Both the position numbers and the translations under genes were made by a program. The notes below the pieces were generated by a model. That model did not search any database and was not told the origin of the DNA. It saw only the letters and a list, made by a program, of their open reading frames with translations. From Nitrosopumilaceae archaeon (GTDB taxonomy: Archaea; Thermoproteota; Nitrososphaeria; Nitrososphaerales; Nitrosopumilaceae), in contig CBDBCR010000001.1 in NCBI GenBank assembly GCA_965203465.1, positions 928,001 through 992,000 of the forward strand: a stretch of 64,000 nucleotides of DNA. The letters run 5' to 3'. Positions 59,144 through 64,000 of this stretch are shown here, in pieces (positions within the stretch are counted from its first letter, which is position 1; the number at the start of each line of letters is the position of its first letter).

Positions 59144-59700
59144 ACGGATCGGTGGTCATATCGGGGCCGCCGGCGGTGGGCAAGACCACGCTGGCCCGCT
59201 CGCTGGCCGGCAGGCTGGGCCTGAGGTACGTCAGCGGCGGCGACATACTCAAGGAGATGGCCTCCGAGCGCGGGTTCGGCTCGGGGGGCGAGGACTGGTG
59301 GGACACGGCCGACGGCATGCGGTTCCTGTCGATGCGCGACGAGGATCCGAGCATGGACCGCGAGGTGGACCGGCGGCTGCTGGAGCTGTGCCGCGCGGGC
59401 GGCGTGGTGGTGACAAGCTACACGCTGCCGTGGCTGGGCGCCGGCTGCACCAGCATATGGCTGGACGGCTCGCACGAGAACAGCGCGAGGAGGATGCGCG
59501 CGCGCGACGACATGAGCCAGGCCGAGGCGCTCTCGGTCACGCGCGACAGGTACGAGCGCAACCGCACGCTGTACCGGAGGATATACGGGTTCGAGTTCGG
59601 CTGCGACCGGTCCGTCTTCGACGGCGTCATACGCACCGACGGGATGGACGCGCGGCAGGTGCTCGACGAGGCACTCGAGCTGGTGGGGCGGCGTGGCTGA
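59140..59700 (+). CDS. cmk: Cytidylate kinase
   Basis: VISGPPAVGKTT, SGGDILKEMA, DREVD, Y..IYG. Confidence 0.9.
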   Translation: MNGSVVISGPPAVGKTTLARSLAGRLGLRYVSGGDILKEMASERGFGSGGEDWWDTADGMRFLSMRDEDPSMDREVDRRLLELCRAGGVVVTSYTLPWLGAGCTSIWLDGSHENSARRMRARDDMSQAEALSVTRDRYERNRTLYRRIYGFEFGCDRSVFDGVIRTDGMDARQVLDEALELVGRRG

Positions 59701-60679
59701 GGACGGCCTGGCCGAGCTCGACCAGGACGTGACGGATCCGTCGGCGGGCACGCCCCCCGGGGAGCGCACGCTGGAGCAGATGATGCGCTACGGAATAATA
59801 CTGCTGGACAAGCCGCCTGGCCCGACGAGCCACGAGACGGTCGCCTGGGTCAAGCGGATGCTGGGGGTCGAAAAGGCCGGCCACAGCGGCACGCTCGACC
59901 CGCAGGTCTCCGGCGTGCTGCCCCTCGGCCTGGGCGAGGCCACCAAAGCTTTGGGGGTGCTGCTCTTGGATTCCAAGGAATACCACGCGGTGGGCCGCTT
60001 CCACTCGATGCCGGCGCCGGGCCAGCTGGAAAAAGTGGTCTCTGAGTTCACCGGGCCGATACACCAAAAGCCGCCGCAGCGCTCGGCGGTGCTGCGCCGC
60101 ACCCGCACGCGCACCATATACGAGCTGGAGGTGGTCGAGCGCAAGGAGCGGCTGGCGCTGCTGCGCGTCCTGTGCGAGTCGGGCACGTACGTGCGCAAGC
60201 TGCTCTACGACATGGGCGAGGTGCTCGGGCCGGGGGCGACCATGATAGAGCTGCGCCGCACGCGCGTGGCCCACTTTGACGAGTCGCGCCTAGTCACGAT
60301 GCACCAGCTCGCCGACGCTGCGGCCTCGCTCAGGGAGGGGGATCCGGGGCCGCTGGCCTCGCTCGTGCTGCCCGTCGAGGAGGCCCTTTCGGGGCTAAAG
60401 ACCGCCGTCGTGCGCGATTCGGCCGTCGACGCGCTCTGCCACGGCGCGCAGCTGGCCGTGCCCGGCGTGCTGCGCGTCTCGCCCGGCCTTGCGCGCGGCG
60501 ACCAGACGGCCGTGTACACCATGAAGGGCGAGGCCGTCGCGCTAGCCGAAGCTGTCATGTCCGAGCAGCAGATGCGCGACGCGGCAAAGGGGCAGGCGTT
60601 CATGACAAAGAGGATAATCATGCAGCCGGGCACCTACCCGCGTGGGTGGCGATCGAGGAAGAGTGCGGATGGTGCCTAG
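59693..60679 (+). CDS. cbf5: H/ACA pseudouridine synthase Cbf5
   Basis: LDKPPGPTSHE, GHSGTLDP, Q.PP..SAV, CESGTYVRKL, PUA domain. Confidence 0.96.
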   Translation: MAEDGLAELDQDVTDPSAGTPPGERTLEQMMRYGIILLDKPPGPTSHETVAWVKRMLGVEKAGHSGTLDPQVSGVLPLGLGEATKALGVLLLDSKEYHAVGRFHSMPAPGQLEKVVSEFTGPIHQKPPQRSAVLRRTRTRTIYELEVVERKERLALLRVLCESGTYVRKLLYDMGEVLGPGATMIELRRTRVAHFDESRLVTMHQLADAAASLREGDPGPLASLVLPVEEALSGLKTAVVRDSAVDALCHGAQLAVPGVLRVSPGLARGDQTAVYTMKGEAVALAEAVMSEQQMRDAAKGQAFMTKRIIMQPGTYPRGWRSRKSADGA

Positions 60680-61073
60680 GTCGCTGGCGGTGGCCATAGC
60701 GGTCGGCGCGGCCTCGGGGGCAGCTGCCGCGCTGGCGCTGTCCGACGTGCGCGACGGCCAGGACGGCCCGCTGGAGCTGGAGCCGGGCTCGGACAGGTAC
60801 GCGCCCGGCTCGCCTGTGCTGCTGCGGCTTACCAACGGCTCGGACGCGCCGCTGCCAATGGGCCGCCTGGAGGTCTCGGGGCTTGCCGGCATGCCCGTGT
60901 ACGGCAGGGATCTTGCCGGGGAGCTGGAGCCGGGCGGCTCTGCCGACATAGTGTGGGAACAGGAGGGCTCGGACGGCGAGCCCGTCTTTGCCGGCATCTA
61001 CAGGGTGCGCGCGGGCATGCCGCCGGCCTCGGCGACGGTCGAGATATCGGGTGCGGGCCTGCGCGGCGACTAG
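60669..61073 (+). CDS. Membrane-anchored/secreted Ig-like hypothetical protein
   Basis: N-terminal hydrophobic helix; Y.PG.PV.LRLTN, LEPG....VW.Q...G.PV.AGIY. Confidence 0.65.
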   Translation: MVPRSLAVAIAVGAASGAAAALALSDVRDGQDGPLELEPGSDRYAPGSPVLLRLTNGSDAPLPMGRLEVSGLAGMPVYGRDLAGELEPGGSADIVWEQEGSDGEPVFAGIYRVRAGMPPASATVEISGAGLRGD

Positions 61074-61105
61074 TTATTATACGCAAAAGCCGCCGGGCAT
61101 TCCGT

Positions 61106-61204
61106 GCCGGGATCGCCTAGCCTGGTAGGGCGCGCGCCTGGAATCTGTGCCATATAGCGCGTTCTCGCAAGGGATCGGGAGTTCGAATCTCCCTCCCGGC
61201 GCCA
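61106..61204 (+). tRNA. tRNA-Ser(GGA) with a 12-nt canonical 37/38 intron (61144-61155) and encoded CCA
   Basis: Acceptor stem GCCGGGA/TCCCGGC; anticodon stem CGCGC/GCGCG; long variable arm; TTCGAAT T-loop. Confidence 0.92.
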
Positions 61205-61510
61205 CATCTAACGCCGCTCAGATGTATTTCCCCACCATGGCCTGCGCCAGAAGGACGGGAGGGAAATTGCTTCGGTGTGGTGTTATCCGATCCTGCCGTG
61301 AGCGCACAACGACTTCCTAGGGCACTGCTCCGGCCCTAGCTCGTCTTTACGGATCGCCGGGTGGAACGCGCGCACCTCCGGCTTGTGGACTTTTGCAGGC
61401 CGGGGCTACAGTGGGACAAAACCCGCGATCGTCAGGACGGATGTGACAGCTGCCAAGAACCGGGGCGAGAGCTACCAGACAGACTGCGCGTCGCAGATTT
61501 CCGAGGCCGT

Positions 61511-64000
61511 TCATTCCACGAGCAGCGCTGGCTTGAACGGCCTCGCGTGGGCCGCCTTGCCGCCGGGTTCGGCGTCTTCGGCGACCACGGCAAACTCGGA
61601 GCCGAACTCGGCGCGCACCATGGGGCCCATCTGATCCGCAAGGAAGCGGGCCTCGTCGAAGCCGCCAGCGAGGCGCGCCTCCCTGACGGGGACTGGATCC
61701 GAGAGTATGTCCTTTACGATCTTTTGGACCAAGGCGGGGCATTTTTTCGCGCCGGCCGTCTTTGGATCCGACACGAGCTTTTTCATCACCTGCCCCATCG
61801 AGGTGTCGCCCGAGCAGACGCAGCGAAGCACGGCCCCGTACAGATCCCGCTTTTCCGAGCTTGCCACGTACGCGGTCACCGAGCGCGGCGAGATCTTCGT
61901 CACCTTGAGTATGCGGGCGATGTCGCCGAGCGTGGAGCGCAGCAGCTCCTCCGCCTGGAACGCCTCGACGTCGCGCCATTCCTCGGGCGGCTCGGGCCAC
62001 GCGCCGCCCGCCGAGCCCGAATTGCCCAGCTTTTCCCAGATCTCCTCTGCGGCGTGGGGCGCGAACGGCCAGAGCATGGACGCCCTCATGCCGCGTATCG
62101 CGTGGACCAGCCCTGCGTCCTCGCCCGCGCCGGCGGCGCCGGCCCTCTTGCGGTACCAGGCAAGGTCGGCCTCGAGCGAGTACAGTATACCGTGGAGCGC
62201 CTCGCGCAGCCTCATCTTTTCCATCGACGCGGCGGTGTCATTTACCAGCGCCAAGGCCCGGTCTGCGAGCCACCTCGATTCTTGGCGGGGCCCCGGGCCG
62301 CCCCCGCCCGGGGCCGCCTCGGCCATCATGGCCTCGAGCCTGGCCCTGATGCCGGCCACCGACTCTTCCCTAAAGTCCGCGTCCTGCAGGAGCTCGGCCG
62401 ATATGACGATGGCTAGCCGTATGGGATCGGCGCCGTGCCTGCGTACGGCCGAGCGCAGCGGGATGATGTTGCCCATGCTCTTCGACATCTTTGCGCCGTC
62501 CATCAGCACCGACCCGTTGACCACTATCTGGGCGGGCCACATGCCCTCGGGGAACATGGCCACGTGGTTGAGAACGAAGAAAGTCAGGTGGTTGGGGACG
62601 AGGTCGCGCCCCGAGTGCCTGGAATCGACCGGATAAAAGTAGCAGAACTGCCTCCTTGCCTCCTCCAGCGCGCCGCGCTCTAGGCCGGCCTCGGCCGCCA
62701 CCCGGGCCGGATCCCCCTCGCCGAGGAACGCGTAGTCGAAGAAGCCGCGCGTCATGGAATCGGGGCTTATGCGCCCGGATCCGACCAGGCCGGCTATCGT
62801 ATAATACGACATGTATATGACCGAATCCGAGAGGCTCTCGACTATCCATCCGTCGTCCCACGGCAGCTTTGTGCCCATGCCGTGCTGGCGCGCGCAGGCC
62901 CTCTCGCGCAGCCACCCCAGCACGTTGGAAAACTCCTGGTGCAGCTCGGGGGGCAGCACCGACATCGATTCCATGCACGAGGCCGCGCGCGCCTTCCACC
63001 CTTCGTCGGCGTAGTTGAGGAACCACTGGTCGGTGAGCACCTTTACGACGCACTCGGCCCCGCACCTGCACCGCACCCTCGGTTCCTGGGCCAGCTCGAG
63101 CATCGAGGCCGCGCCGCCCTCTGCCAGCAAAAGCTCCCTGACCGCGGACTTTGCCTCCGCGACGGGCATGCCGGCGAACCTGCCGGCCTTTTCGTTCATG
63201 GAGCCGCCGTAAAACTCCGCGTTGTACACCTCCTTGGTGGCATCTTCGATGCGCGGATCGTCCTGGTCCTTTACGCCGCGGGACCTGAGCGCCTCGGAGG
63301 CGGGCAGCGCGCCCCCGCCGCCTATGACGCGCACCGGCTCCACGTCTCCTGCGCCGGCCACGCCGTCCCTCTTGGCGTCTAGCAGCGCCTGCATGTCGAA
63401 CGGGGCGTGCGCCGGCACCGACATGACGATGCCGGTCCCGGTCCCCTGCTCTACGAACCTTGCGGGCAGCACCGGCACGGCCCTGCCGACCTGGGGGGCC
63501 TCGGCCGACATTTCCAGTATCTCGGCGCCCTTTACGGAGCCGCGCCCCCCCGAGGCCATGCCCAGAAACTTCATCTTGCAGAGGCACTCGGCGCTTGTCA
63601 GCCACGTCTCGCCGCCCACGTCGACCTTTTGGTACTCGGCGTCGGGGTCCACCCACAGGTTGGTCACGCCGAACAGCGTCTCGGGCCTGAGGGTGGCCGC
63701 CGGCAGCACGTACCGGCCGGCGCGGAACTTGATTACCGTGTATTCGACGATCTCGGGCTCCACGTCGCCCATGGTGTCGTGCTGCGATACGGGGTTTTCG
63801 TCGCGCGGGCACCACCCGACCGGGTGCGAGCCCTGTATTATGAGGCCCTTTCGGCGCAGCGTCTCGACCTGCCAGCCGATGAACTTTTTGTACCCCGGAT
63901 CGACGGTGGTGAACTCCCTCCTCCAGTCTATCGAGTACCCCATCTCGTCCATGCCGCTCTTTATCTCGTCGCGGAAATAGTCGGCTATCTTTACCGGCTC
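61511..64000 (-). CDS. leuS: Leucine--tRNA ligase (5' end lies beyond the window)
   Basis: SIDWRREFTT, AATLRPET, VMSVPAHAPFD, ESLSDS.IY, SGRDL..NHL, KMSKS.GN. Confidence 0.95.
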   Translation of the reverse strand, partial: EPVKIADYFRDEIKSGMDEMGYSIDWRREFTTVDPGYKKFIGWQVETLRRKGLIIQGSHPVGWCPRDENPVSQHDTMGDVEPEIVEYTVIKFRAGRYVLPAATLRPETLFGVTNLWVDPDAEYQKVDVGGETWLTSAECLCKMKFLGMASGGRGSVKGAEILEMSAEAPQVGRAVPVLPARFVEQGTGTGIVMSVPAHAPFDMQALLDAKRDGVAGAGDVEPVRVIGGGGALPASEALRSRGVKDQDDPRIEDATKEVYNAEFYGGSMNEKAGRFAGMPVAEAKSAVRELLLAEGGAASMLELAQEPRVRCRCGAECVVKVLTDQWFLNYADEGWKARAASCMESMSVLPPELHQEFSNVLGWLRERACARQHGMGTKLPWDDGWIVESLSDSVIYMSYYTIAGLVGSGRISPDSMTRGFFDYAFLGEGDPARVAAEAGLERGALEEARRQFCYFYPVDSRHSGRDLVPNHLTFFVLNHVAMFPEGMWPAQIVVNGSVLMDGAKMSKSMGNIIPLRSAVRRHGADPIRLAIVISAELLQDADFREESVAGIRARLEAMMAEAAPGGGGPGPRQESRWLADRALALVNDTAASMEKMRLREALHGILYSLEADLAWYRKRAGAAGAGEDAGLVHAIRGMRASMLWPFAPHAAEEIWEKLGNSGSAGGAWPEPPEEWRDVEAFQAEELLRSTLGDIARILKVTKISPRSVTAYVASSEKRDLYGAVLRCVCSGDTSMGQVMKKLVSDPKTAGAKKCPALVQKIVKDILSDPVPVREARLAGGFDEARFLADQMGPMVRAEFGSEFAVVAEDAEPGGKAAHARPFKPALLVE

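Noticed and set aside
54551-60679. spc operon starting at L18 and lacking L34e/L14e around cmk
   Set aside because: To my knowledge this split and these absences are typical of Nitrososphaerota, so not novel.
61144-61155. tRNA-Ser intron as a novelty
   Set aside because: Canonical 37/38 position, common in archaea.

Overview
High-GC archaeal chromosome segment. The gene set (L7Ae/S28e/L24e/ndk/aIF5B, archaeosine TGT, Kae1, proteasome beta, ThyX, CdvA, FEN1, Cbf5, DUF106, CbtAB, intron-containing tRNAs) points to Nitrososphaerota (Thaumarchaeota), probably Nitrosopumilaceae/Cenarchaeum-like; a host-associated lineage is inference only. Most of the window is housekeeping. Several AT-richer accessory patches interrupt it: (i) a degenerate HEPN-like/antitoxin-like pair at about 8.75-9.7 kb; (ii) a surface-protein pseudogene with an IS5-like transposase remnant at 12.5-13.98 kb; (iii) a HARE-HTH + PD-(D/E)XK nuclease at 16.7-17.4 kb; (iv) a Type III restriction-modification mod-res locus at 38.3-43.7 kb; (v) an island 3' of tRNA-Val at 49.9-53.9 kb with a HipA-like kinase/DUF3037 pair and an unknown protein plus a PD-(D/E)XK-like nuclease ending in a PIP-box-like motif. 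The most striking signal is a G14 tract in the 5' coding region of mod. It puts the natural ATG out of frame, while G13 or G16 would restore the frame, as in a phase-variable methyltransferase (phasevarion); I am not aware of such a system being described in archaea. Also notable: a 20-nt BHB intron at the non-canonical 44/45 position of tRNA-Val(CAC), a collagen-like gene of about 120 triplets, and a histone-H1-like protein built from 57-bp repeats. Caveat: single-base frameshifts in several genes, including sulfite reductase, suggest assembly indel errors, so every frameshift-based claim needs read-level confirmation. Family assignments are from motif recognition, not database searches.
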